Assembly (NCBI RefSeq): GCF_032191835.1
Contig: NC_083232.1
Span: forward strand, 56,110,001-56,174,000
Reading direction: 5' to 3'
From: Heteronotia binoei
Taxonomy: Eukaryota
Length of the DNA: 64,000 nucleotides
How positions within the stretch are numbered: position 1 is the first letter of the stretch; each line of letters starts with the position of its first letter. Made by a program: the position numbers and the translations under genes. Under the pieces are notes generated by a model. It made no database searches and was not told the DNA's origin. It saw only the letters and a list, made by a program, of their open reading frames with translations. Shown here in pieces: positions 1-12,500 of this stretch.

Positions 1-46
1 CGTGCGTATGATGAAATCACGTCACCCAGAAGTGATGTCATCAAAA

Positions 47-467
47 TGTAGCAGGAAAATAACGAAGCCCCACACATTGCTTGGTTTGAAACTAGGTATT
101 TTACTTTGACATCAAAGTAGAAGTCGGCATAAGCCCAAAATGACTAAGTTACAATCATCAGCCTTCTGACCGTTTTTATTCACAACTCAAAACAAGCAGA
201 CAACCCTCCCCCTTATCTATTCAAATACCCCACCTTCCTGTATTTTTCCGCTATGAGTCTGCTATCAGCTTTCAGCAAGATGCTCCTTCTGAGGGGCCTG
301 TCTGTTATCAATACACATTTGTGACTCACACCCATTTGGGCTGTGGCCTCTAACAGTTACTTTTAAAAGTTGCATCAGACATTCTTTTCTGAAGGCACAA
401 AAACCATATTTTCATTTATTTTTATTATTACAGGGTTATTCATTAATTATTCAGGGATCCCTCTTCA
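47..467 (+). repeat. Direct repeat, copy 1 of a ~420-bp duplication
   Basis: Nearly identical to 6213-6647. Confidence 0.92.
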
Positions 468-3310
468 TTCCCCCCTTTCAGTCTTCTGAAAGGTTTTTTT
501 TATTATTTTAAAATCTGAAGGAGACTGTCCATCATCATCATTAAACAAATCAATTCTGTTTGCCCACTCAAGAAGGGCAGCTAGGTGACAATTTGGTTTT
601 CAACATTCCCAAGAAAGACTGAAATAACACTACAATGGTGTAATTAAATAGTATATTGACAGAGATGGGGTTTAGATGGGTCACGGGAGGAGAGAGACAG
701 TGATGGGATTATCCATTCACACTGGCACATCCCAGTATTTTCCATCTAGAGAAGGTGTGTGTGTGGAAGGTCACTCAGAGGCATGCCTTGGCTATGCAGC
801 CCAGCCTTCCAATATGGAGTTTTCCTGGTCTCCATCATGGGGCCTTTCTGGGCACACAGACTAGCTTGAGAGGGCCCCCCATGTCTTTTAAGGCTACCCT
901 CTTTATTTGGTAGCACTCTGGTATCAATTCCTCCTCTTTGGCACTATCCAGTCCTTGGAGGGTGTGTGCCACATTTCATGGTGCACTGCTGATCAGACTT
1001 CAAACAACCAGGGTTGTGACACAGTTGGGACAAAGGGAAAGGTTTAGGAATGTCAACTACCAAAAATAGGCTATGCCTGAGTTAAAAAAATATAAAATAA
1101 TCCATTCATGGTATATGAATTGAATAATTACACATGTCCAGTCTAAATTTGTGACTATAGATCTTGGAAGGATCCTAGAGAACTTATTTCTTTATCAATA
1201 AAACATTACTAGTTATGATGCAAGAATACAAGAACTCATCTCATTTTCTAAAACACATAAGGGACATATGCAAGTGACATGCTATAAACTGAATCAACTC
1301 ATTTGCCTTTATGGCAGACACCTTGTTGTATCCTAGGTGATTAAGATACACACATTCAGACATTCTTGGAAACATTGGCAGCCGTGGGCAGTCCACACCT
1401 GGCCACATTATTACAATACAAAAACCATTTCCTGACTAATTCTTTGTTCCCCTCCTCCCTTAGTCTAACAAAAGGTCTTCTTTCTTGAGTTCATGGAGAG
1501 TTTACGTACTCTATGCATGACAATCTTTTCACAGGGAAATCTGTTTCTGTTGCAGCCAAAAGGAATTCCTTTTCTTGGAAGCACAACTTGGAAGTGGCAG
1601 TGGGCTGCTGTTATGATCAGCTGGGGCAACCAGCCTTTTGCTAGGCAGAGGAATTTCCCTGGAAATAAGTTTTCTCCACAACTCAATTTGGATGGGGTTC
1701 TCAGGGAGGCCTTCCTTCCAACATCAATGAGGCATGACCAGGCAAATTTCAGGACCTCTAAGTAGATATGGAAGAGCCTAGAAAACATACTTGGAGAAAC
1801 AAACAAATAAAACAGCAATAATAGGTGCCTTTTTTCTTTAAAGCTTTCCTTGGCTGTTCACAAAGTGCCATAACTTGAGTCCAACCCTGTTGAGATAGGG
1901 TTTCACACATATTAGCTAAATTACCATACTTGCTTTGGACAGGAGACTTCCTCCTTCTCACATGGTGTTCAGTTTGACAAGGTCTCTACCCTTCCAATGT
2001 TAAAGGACAGATTTCATACACCATACATTATACAAAACACAAATTCACTATATAACCCTATGCATCACTTCTCATGATTCAGGCTAGTGCATATCCATAT
2101 AGAAAATGAGCACCTAGTGGTTCATGAGAGGCTTTTTATTTTGTTGCAACAGATATGAATCTAAAAAGAAACATAAAATTGTGCATAAAATTTGGGAGCT
2201 CCAAAAAGAGATTACCAGAGTTGAAGTTACCCCTGGATTATGAAAATGATCACAAAAAGGGATGAAAAACTTCAAAAACAAACACAAAACAAAACTGAGA
2301 CCTCAATAGAACAATGCCAGCTTTAACATACATGTATGCGAGGGATCAGACCCAAAATGATTAGAGAACTGGATTAGAGAATGTAAACCACTGGACATCA
2401 GTGGGGTGTTCAAGTCCCACTGAACCCCATCTTCCTCCATGTCAGCTCATCCGAAATTTGTTCTGTGGGTCTCACGTAGGTGTGAGAGTGGGTTTCAACA
2501 AACTTTAACAACAAAAATCCTAAAAGCAAATAATAGTTAATCCTTAAACAAACAATTCTTAGCAGACATACCAGTAATTCTTAAAATTACTATATAATAA
2601 TGAGCATGCACTAAACTTGAATTGCAGATCCCAATTTTCTTCATATATAACAAAACAATCCTGGAAGGCAAATTCTGGTTAATACACCTTGACAAAGAAG
2701 GTTGAAATAACAGAGAGGCATGAACTTAAAACAATTAAATGGAAATGTGTTATCCAGTAGCAAGCCTGGCCAGGACTGGAGACTGGATTGAAACACAAAA
2801 TCAAGCAGAATTGGAGTCCTACCATGGTAAGAACATGAAACATAGAAAGGATTTTCTGAACAAAACACTCAGAAAAGTCATGCTCTAACAAAATGCTATA
2901 GTTGGAGGCATAAAATATGATAGATAAGTATATAGATGCCTCTTTCCACAAGTAAGAGGTTCTGGCATTTTAAAGGTGAAAATAAAGGTACACCTCTCTG
3001 AATCTCTCTCTCAATTATGACAATAAATTGTATTTATTTAATTTGCATCCTTGCTGCATTTTAAAAGAGCTGAACCTAAGTTCTTTTGGGCTAACTGTAA
3101 TGCAGTAGCCATGCACCAACTGAATTTTAATACTGAGATAGCTGAATAGCCTTAACTAGATATACCACGAGGGTCTGGGAGGCATAAAAATAACATAATA
3201 AGTACATTTCTTTGCCTAGCCTAACCTAGACTAGAGCCTATTATGCTGAACACCCACCTGATGTAATTCCATTTGGGGAAACCCTTGGATTCCATCTGAA
3301 CACTTGAACT

Positions 3311-4331
3311 CAGTGGGGTGCCGCAGGGCTCGGTACTGGGTCCCATGCTCTTTAACTTGTTCATAAATGATTTAGAGTTGGGAGTGAGCAGTGAAGTGGC
3401 CAAGTTTGCGGATGACACTAAATTGTTCAGGGTGGTGAGAACCAGAGAGGATTGTGAGGAACTCCAAAGGGATCTGTTGAGGCTGGGTGAGTGGGCGTCA
3501 ACGTGGCAGATGCGGTTCAATGTGGCCAAGTGCAAAGTAATGCACATTGGGGCTAAGAATCCCAGCTACAAATACAAGTTGATGGGGTGTGAACTGGCAG
3601 AGACTGATCAAGAGAGAGATCTTGGGGTCATGATAGATAACTCACTGAAAGTGTCAAGACAGTGTGCGTTTGCAATAAAAAAGGCCAATGCCATGCTGGG
3701 AATTATTAGGAAGGGAATTGAAAACAAATCAGCCAGTATCATAATGCCCCTGTATAAATCGATGGTGCGGTCTCATTTGGAGTACTGTGTGCAGTTCTGG
3801 TCGCCGCACCTCAAAAAGGATATTATAGCTTTAGAGAAGGTGCAGAAAAGGGCAACCAGAATGATTAAAGGGCTGGAGCACTTTCCCTATGAAGAAAGGT
3901 TGAAACGCTTGGGACTCTTTAGCTTGGAGAAACGTCGACTGCGGGGTGACATGATAGAGGTTTACAAGATAATGCATGGGATGGAGAAAGTAGAGAAAGA
4001 AGTACTTTTCTCCCTTTCTCACAATACAAGAACTCGTGGGCATTCGATGAAATTGCTGAGCAGACAGGTTAAGACGGATAAAAGGAAGTACTTCTTCACC
4101 CAAAGGGTGATTAACATGTGGAATTCACTGCCACAAGAGGTGGTGGCGGCCACAAGTATAGCCACCTTCAAGATGGGTTTAGATAAAAATATGGAGCACA
4201 GGTCCATCAGTGGCTATTAGCCACAGTGTATGTGTGTATATAACATTTTTTGCCACTGTGTGACACAGAGTGTTGGACTTGATGGGCCGCTGGCCTGATC
4301 CAACATGGCTTCTCTTATGTTCTTATGTTCT
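3311..4331 (+). mobile_element. 5'-truncated young CR1 LINE with an uninterrupted 300-codon RT C-terminal frame
   Basis: [41 protein letters not shown]; 3' tail (ttcttatg)n. Confidence 0.95.
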
Positions 4332-5224
4332 AACTCTGTATGAAAATATCTAGCTCTCTGAATTTATACCCAGTTAGCTAGTTACATTGAACAACTCACT
4401 AGTAAAACCAATGCTTTCAGGGCCACCACAATCTGAGCCAAACTTACCCACTAGCCTTTGAAAGTACCTACTATCAATTTTGAAAACTGACTTGGGGAAC
4501 GCCTTGCTGCAGCGGTGTGGCTTGGTTTTCTCTAGAGTTTTCCTAATAGGCAGAGGCTTGACTATGGCCTCTGTGCTAAAGGATTTATCCAGCCTGGTGG
4601 CAACCTACCTTCCTGGTGTTTCTGGGGGAAATACCAGACTTTGGACCTGTGTTGGATTATCAGTTGGCAACTCTACTGACCCACCTTGGCCAGACAGGTG
4701 GCAGACTTTGTCACACTAACAGAAATCTCATCTTTTGGGCAAGGCCACATTCTCTGCAGTTAGTTTTATTTCCTGAATGGGGTTGCCATATCCAGACAGG
4801 ACAGATTGCTAGAGATCTAAAATGGAAGTCTAAAGAAAGATGAGATCCCAAAGGAACCAGGCTCTGAGCTCTCACTCACACCAAACTTCCATTACCCTGC
4901 AGAGAAAACTAAGTCTGCAGCCTGGAACTTTGTGCTGTGATTCCAGGAGATCTCCAGGCCTCCCCCTGAGAACTGGCCTCATCTAATTTTAGTCCAAATC
5001 ATTGCTCTTCTGTTCTTTATTTTATTAAGGGGAGAGAGGTCTTTGTTACCTTACAAAGCCAGGTCTCTCCATTCTAAAAGACATCCAAATCCAAAAGTTA
5101 GATTTTTCTTGTAGGGAAGGTTTAGGGACAAAGGAGCCTTGCCTACCCACATGGAACTACATTTCTCTGACATTTTCCAGAATTCTGGCTTTTAAGTTCC
5201 CCATGGCACCAAACATTTAGACAA

Positions 5225-5421
5225 NNNNNNNNNNNNNNNNNNNNNNNNNNNNNNNNNNNNNNNNNNNNNNNNNNNNNNNNNNNNNNNNNNNNNNNNNNNN
5301 NNNNNNNNNNNNNNNNNNNNNNNNNNNNNNNNNNNNNNNNNNNNNNNNNNNNNNNNNNNNNNNNNNNNNNNNNNNNNNNNNNNNNNNNNNNNNNNNNNNN
5401 NNNNNNNNNNNNNNNNNNNNN
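5225..5421. other. Assembly gap
   Basis: Run of N. Confidence 1.
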
Positions 5422-5678
5422 NGATTTATATTCTGCCCTCCACTCAAAAGTCTCAGAGCGGCTCACAATCTCCTCTATCTCCCTCCCTCACAATAAACAC
5501 CTTGCGAGGTAGATGGGGCTGAGAGGGCTCTCCCAGAAGCTGCCCGTTCAAGGACAAGCTCTGTGATAACTTTGACTGACCCATGGCCATTCCAGCAGGT
5601 GCAAGTGGAGGAGTGGGGAATCAAACCCAGTTCTCCCGGATAAGAGTCTGCACACTTAACCACTACACCAAACTGGCT
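5422..5678 (-). mobile_element. tRNA-derived SINE (second family)
   Basis: Head agtttggtgtagtggttaagtgtgc..gggtttgattcccc on the minus strand; family shared with 57118-57345 and 6925-7070. Confidence 0.8.
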
Positions 5679-6212
5679 CTCAAACAAAAACAGGAGCTGC
5701 CAGTAAGGGGTCTGGCAGCCAGGGAGCCCTGAGGGTTTACATTCCCTTTCTCTCGTGAACCCAGTAAGATCTCCCTACTGGGAACTACACAAGAGAAAAT
5801 CCTTCTTGCTTAGAGGCTTCATCTCTCATTCACACACACCACAGAAATCCTCCCAGATCCTAGCTTCTGTGCTTCAGCTCCAAAGCAGAGCCTAATAGAC
5901 AGAGCTCAAGGGGTGATCAGACCCTTCTTCTCTCCCAAGGAGAGGCAATCAAAATTCCCAAACAGTTCATACTCACAATCCTGAAAATCTTCCAATTCCC
6001 TACACATGTCGGTTCAACCAGGCTCGGGATCTTGGTTGAGTGGCCGGGTACCCCCCCACAAGGCAGAGAAAGCTGGACTCAGTCTAAAATGTGATCGTGG
6101 CACTTAGTCTGTTCTTTCTTGCCATGAGGGTAGAGAGCAGACGGGTATGCAGTCATCCAAGGGGAAGAAAAAATCCTTACCACGTCATTCTCCAGTCAAT
6201 GCAACCATTTTA

Positions 6213-6582
6213 TGTAGCAGGAAAATAACGAAGCCCCACACATTGCTTGGTTTGAAACTAGGTATTTTACTTTGACATCGAAGTAGAACTTGTTGGCATA
6301 AGCCCAAAATGACTAAGTTACAATCATCAGCCTTCTGACCATTTTTATTCACAACTCAAAACAAGCAGACAACCCTCCTCCTTATCTATTCAAATGCCCC
6401 ACCTTCCTGTATTTTTCCACTATGAGTCTGCTATCAGCTTTCAGCAAGATGCTCCTTCTGAGGGTCCTGTCTGTTATCAATACACATTTGTGACTCACAC
6501 CCATTTGGGCTGTGGCCTCTAACAGTTACTTTTAAATGTTGCATCAGACATTCTCTTCTGAAGGCACAAAAACCATATTTTC

Positions 6583-6613
<31 letters not shown>

Positions 6614-6647
6614 GGGTTATTCATTAATTATTCAGGGGTCCCTCTTC
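6213..6647 (+). repeat. Direct repeat, copy 2
   Basis: Nearly identical to 47-467, with an expanded (tta)n tract. Confidence 0.92.
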
Positions 6648-8429
6648 AATGGCAGCGCCAGACGCTCTAGCCATTTGGGAGGTTAAAACTCTATGGCACC
6701 TATTGTACCATTTCACCTCCCAAATAGTTAGATAGTCCGGGAAAACCATAGAGTTTCCCTGGAAACGCCTAGAGTGGCCCTGCACGGGTGCCACTATTTT
6801 GATGACATCACTTCTGGGCGACATCTTCACGCCAGCAATGCAGGGGGAGGTTCCCCTCATCGGCCCAATGTGGGCCAGCGGGTTGAGAACCTCCCAGGCG
6901 GGAGATTCCCCGGACCGGGGGCTTGGCAGCTTCTGTGAGAGCTCTCTCAGCCCCACCAACCTCACAGGGTATTTGTTGTGTGTAGGGGGGAAGGTAAAGG
7001 AGATTGTGACCGCTCTGAGATTCAGAGTGAAGGGTGGGATATAAATCCAATATCCTCCTCCTCCTCTTCCTTCCTACCAACCAATCCTCAGATTAATTCA
7101 GTTATAGGGAAGGAATGAAAATGCCATATAAAAACTGAAGTTGTGATATGCTTTTTATTCAATATATAAATGTGAGTTATATAGTGATGACCTGCTATTT
7201 CCTCAGAAGTTCTAGAATTTCTAATTTTAATAGGACTCAATAAAAAAAATATTTTTTTTGCTGTAAAAGATTTTGAGAAGCTGAAAGGTAAAGAAAAATT
7301 GTTAGCGTGCAAGATCTTAAGACAACCTTTCTGTTAAATGTATTTAAAACAGACCTGCTATGAGAAACGTCAATCAGCAGAGGTCTCTCTGGTTTGCATG
7401 AACAATTTTGTGCAGATGTACCATAGGTTAAAGGCTAAAATACAAAAGGTATGCATGTTGTCAAGTCGCAGCTGACTTATGGTGATCCCAGCAAGGGTTT
7501 TCAAGGCAAGTGAGAAGGAGAGGTGGTTTGCTATTGCCTGGCTCTGCAGTCTTCCTTGGTGGTCTCCCCCCCAAGCACCAATCCTCCCTTAGTTTCCGAC
7601 AGGATCAAGCTATACCATCCTGCCTTCCCTCCTACAAGAGGTATAGAATTATTTATTTTAATCTTTATGAATTATTCTCAAAAGGCTCTGCAGACGCAGT
7701 AGGATTTTAAAACAATACATTTTACACTGCAGACTAAATCCATTGAAGCCAAAGGGGTTAGAAGGATGTTACTTTGTTTAGGATTACACTGTTCACAGTA
7801 TGGGTTAAAGGAGAATGCTGAGTTTGTGTACATGCAGTGAAAGGGAAACAAATTCAGAATCTCTGAAATTTTGTTGTATTGCAATGTGTTTAAAACAGGA
7901 AAAAAGGTTAACATCAAAGAAAAAACCATTAGGGTAGATCCCCACACACACTTCTAGCTGTTGAAAGGACCTGCAGAGTAGTCACATGTAGACTAACTAT
8001 ACAAACAGAACTCAAAAATAACAGCCTGCTTTCAGCAATGTAACCCTGCTCAGAGTGATGTGCTAGAAATCAATCTGTATTGACTTGTATGAATGACATC
8101 AATCTGCACACAACCTGCTCTGTACAGGGCAGGAATGGCTAAAAGGCAACATCAGCAGCAGTTGCTTAGTGGACAACTGTGCGAATCAGCCAACAGTGCG
8201 CGCAGTTTCCTGTAAGCACTACTGCTTGAGAGTCTCTAGAAGATGAGGACATCTGCTCCTGCTTTCCTCCTCCTATCTAGTTACAGAACTGAACACAGGT
8301 TCCCAGGATTAGCCAATTACTACATTCTGGAATCCAGCCCTGAAGGAGATAAGGATGGTGATGGCAGGGAAGCCCAATTATGGATACCTGCAAGCAAGAG
8401 CAGGCCTAGCAATATTCACATTGGGGGAG

Positions 8430-9560
8430 AAATCATAGAGTGGAAGGGACCTCCAGGGTCATCTAGTCCAACCCCCTGAATGATACACCCCCAGTGACAC
8501 CTGCTCCACAGCCAGAAGATGGCAAAAAAAATTCTCCAGGATCCATGGCCAAACTGGCCTGAAGAAAAATTCTTGCCTGACCACCTAAGTGGTGAACAGC
8601 ATTTCCTGGGCATGTAAGAGGGGACTACAAGAACTAATGCAACCCTTCCTGCCCTCTTTCTCATGAGCTGCCTAAGTTTAGAGAATCAGCACTGCTGTCA
8701 GATGGCCATCTAGCCTTTGTTTGTAAACTTCCAAAGAAGGAGAGCCCACTACTTCCCAAGGAAACCTGTTCCACTGAGGAAACACTCTGTCAGGAAGTTC
8801 TTACTAATGTTTAGCTGTAAACTCAATTTCATTTCAACCTGTTGGTTCTTGTCTGATCTTCTGGGGCCATAGAAAACAACTCCACACCATCCTCTATATG
8901 ACACCCTTTCAAGTACTTGAAAATGGTGATCATTATCACAGTCTCTTCTCCAGGCTAAACATACCCAGCTTCTTCAGCCTTTCCTCGTAGGACTTGATCT
9001 CCAGACCCCTCTTCTTTGCCCTCCTCTGGACACATTCCTGTTTGTCTATATCCTTCTTAAACTGTGGTGCCCAAAACTGAACACAGTACTCTAGGTCAGG
9101 TCTAACCAGAACAGAGCAAAGCAATACCATCACTTTGTGGGACCTGGACACTATACGTCTGTTGATATGGCCCAAAATCACATTTGCCTTTTTAGCTACC
9201 ACATCACACTACTGACTCATGTTAACATAGTCCACTAAGATTCCTAGATCCTTTTCACACATACTAGTGCCAGGACATGTCTTCCCCATCCTATAATTAT
9301 ACATTGGATTTTTCCTACCTAAATGTAGAACTACATTTATCCCTATTAAAATTCATTTTATTTGTTTTAGCCCAGTTTTCCAGCCTGTCAATATCATCCT
9401 ATATCCTGTCTCAGTTTTCTACCGTATTTGCTACTCCTCCAAATTTAGTATCATCTGCAAATAAACATTCCTGCTATTCTTTCATTTAAGTCATTTATAA
9501 AGATATTAAAGGACAGATCATTAAGGCATTCCACATGCCACTCCTCTCCAAGAGGATGAG
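8430..9560 (-). mobile_element. CR1 LINE, 3' part (host of the L1)
   Basis: [41 protein letters not shown] and FADD-region remnants; CR1-type 3' end near 8430-8480. Confidence 0.85.
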
Positions 9561-12500
9561 TTTAAACACAATTTTATTGATAACATATGGTAACCATATC
9601 CATTAATACCTTATTTTTATCTATCCCATATGCTATTTTCTAGTCCCCCCTCCCCCCATTACTTGACTCCCGCCGAAGTTATATACCTAAAATACTAACA
9701 TTTAAAGGTACCCTTAAACCATAAGAACCTATATTCATATTCTACTTTTTTCTAGTACTTGATCATTTTTAAAAAATTGTCCAATATCCTTTTATATTCC
9801 ATTCCTCTTCTACATAACATCTAAACTTTTTCCACTCCTTTTCATACACTTCCAAATCATAGTCTTTTAAGATTCTTGTTAGTTTGTCCATCTCACTCCA
9901 TGTTATAACTTTTACAATCCAATCCAATTTTTCTGGTATTTTTTCTTGCTTTCATAACTGCGTATACAATGTCTTAGCCACTGAAAGCAAGTACCAGATC
10001 AAAGTTCTATCTGCTTTTGGAAAGTTTTCCATTTGTAATCCCAATAAAAAAAGTCTCTGCTACTTTCTTGAATTCATATCCCAAGATCTTTAAAATTTCT
10101 TGTTGAATCATCTGCCAATACTTTTTCACTCTTTCACAAGTCCACCACATATGGTAAAAAGAACCTTCATGTCTTCAACATTTCCAACATCTGTCTGGAA
10201 TCTTTTTATTCATCTTTGCCAATTTTTTAGGAGTCATATACCACCTATACATCATCTTAAAACAATTTTCTTTTATACTCTGACATGTTGATAATTTCAT
10301 AGAGTTCTTCCAAAGATACTCCCATGTATCCATCTGTATTTCTTTATTTACATTGATTGCCCACTTAATCATTTGAGATTTTACTACCTCATCTTCCATA
10401 GACCATTTTAACAGTAACTTATATATTTTTGAAATTAATTTCTCATTATCTCCAAGCAGAACTTTTTTCATTTCTGTTTGCTCACGTCTTATTCCTTCAG
10501 TTTTGATATCATTCTCCACCAGGCTTTTTATTTGTTGCATTTGAAACCAATCATATTTTTTATTCAGCTCCTCAGCAGTTTTCAATTCTATTTTGCCACT
10601 TTGTATTTTTAGTAATTGATTGTATGACAACCCTCTCTCTTCACTGATTTCAGCTGTTATTTTTATTACTTCTGCTGGCACTATCCATGATGGCTTTCTC
10701 TCATCACCATATTTCTTGTACTTCATCCATGTATTTAACAAATTATTTCTGATATAATGGTGAGAAGAAAAACCATCCATCTTTTTCTTTCCATACTACA
10801 TATAAGCATGCCAGCCGAATTTATTTCCATGAGCTTCCGACATTAAAAGTTTTTTATTCAACAGCATCATCCAGTCTTTTATCCATACTAAGCAAACTGC
10901 ATCATGATATAGTCTTAAATCTGGTAGCTGGATTCCTCCTCTCTTTAGTATCTGTTAAAATTTTCATTTTAATCGTTGGTTTCTTCCCAGCCCATACAAA
11001 TTCTGAAATCTTCCTTTGCCATTTATTAAATTGTTTGCTATCTTTCACAATCGGAATGATTTGAAACAAATACATTATTCTCGGCAGAATATTCATCTTA
11101 ATTGCAGCTATTCTGCCCAGCAATGACATATTAAGTTTATTCCATTTCACCATATCTTCATCCATCCTATGCCATAGCTTTTCATAGTTATTTTTGAACA
11201 AATCAATATTCCTCATTGTTATCTCCAAGCCCAAATACTTTACTTTAGAAGTAACTTCACATCCTGACAGTCTCTGCAATTCCTTTTGCTTATTTACTTG
11301 CATGTTTTTACATAAAACTTTCAATTTTTCTTTATTAACATAAAGTCCCACCAGCTCTCCATATTCTTGTATCTTGGCTAACAGCAAAGGTATTACTTGT
11401 ATAGGATTTTCAGCTACAAACATTATATCATCAGCAAATGGTCTATATTTATAAGTAAATCCTCTAATTTTCAGCCCTTCTATTTTTTATCATCAAATAT
11501 TTGCATCAACAAAATTTCAAGAGTCATTATAAACAATAATGGTGAAAGCGGACAACCTTGTCTTGTACCTTTACTGATCATCATATCCTCTGTGAGGTCT
11601 GCATTTATACACAACTTTGCTCGCTGTTCCATATATATATATATATTGCTTTTATCATTCTTATGAAATGTTCTCCAAGTTCCATCTTTTCCATTACTGC
11701 AAACATAAAGTCCCAGTTCAAATTATCAAAGGCTTTCTCTGCATCCGCAAAAAATAATGCGACTTCCTTTTCTGGATGTTTTTCATAATATTCTACAATA
11801 TTTACAACTGTTCTTACATTGTCTCTTATTTGCCTTTTAGGGAGAAATCCTGCTTGATCTTCCTTTATGAAGTTAATCAAATATTGTTTAAGTCGTTCTG
11901 CCAAGATTCTTGTGTATATCTTATAATCATTATTTAATAATGAAATTGGTCTGTAATTCTGTACATTCATAACATCTCTATCTTCCTTGGGGATCAACGA
12001 AATTACAGCTTCTTTCCAAGTGTTTGGTATTTTTCCTTTTATTCTTATCATATTCATCAATTTTTGCAGTTTTGGTACTAATTCTTCTTTAAAGGTTTTG
12101 AAAAATTTAGCCATATATCCATCTGGCCCAGGTGCCTTTCCCATTTTCACTGCATTAATTGCTGCTTCAATTTCAATTTTTTCAATTGGATCATTCAAAA
12201 TTTTCTTCATATATTCAGTTAAGGGTGCTATTTTAATATTTTGCAAATATACTTCAGTCTTTTCTTTTTTTAATCTTAACACCCTTAAATCAATTAGCAT
12301 AATACTTAAAAATTATATTTTTATTCCTCCTTGATCTACTATCTCTCTTCCATCAGCCACAATTTTATTAATAATTTTACTTTCTCTCTTTTTCTTCAAT
12401 TGCCAGGCTAAATACTTTCCAGGTTTATTCGCACCCTCAAAAGATTTCTGTTGCAGTTTTTTCAAATTCCATTCTACTTCTTTATTTAACAAATGTCTCA

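Noticed and set aside
1465-1818. Overlapping ORFs of 117 and 90 aa as exons of an upstream gene
   Set aside because: No recognisable homology or consistent splice pattern.
5143-5466. ORFs spanning N runs (also 36629-37192)
   Set aside because: Artefacts of the assembly gaps.
47-6647. The two 420-bp repeats as LTRs of one retrotransposon
   Set aside because: No TG...CA termini, TSD, primer-binding site or gag/pol between them.
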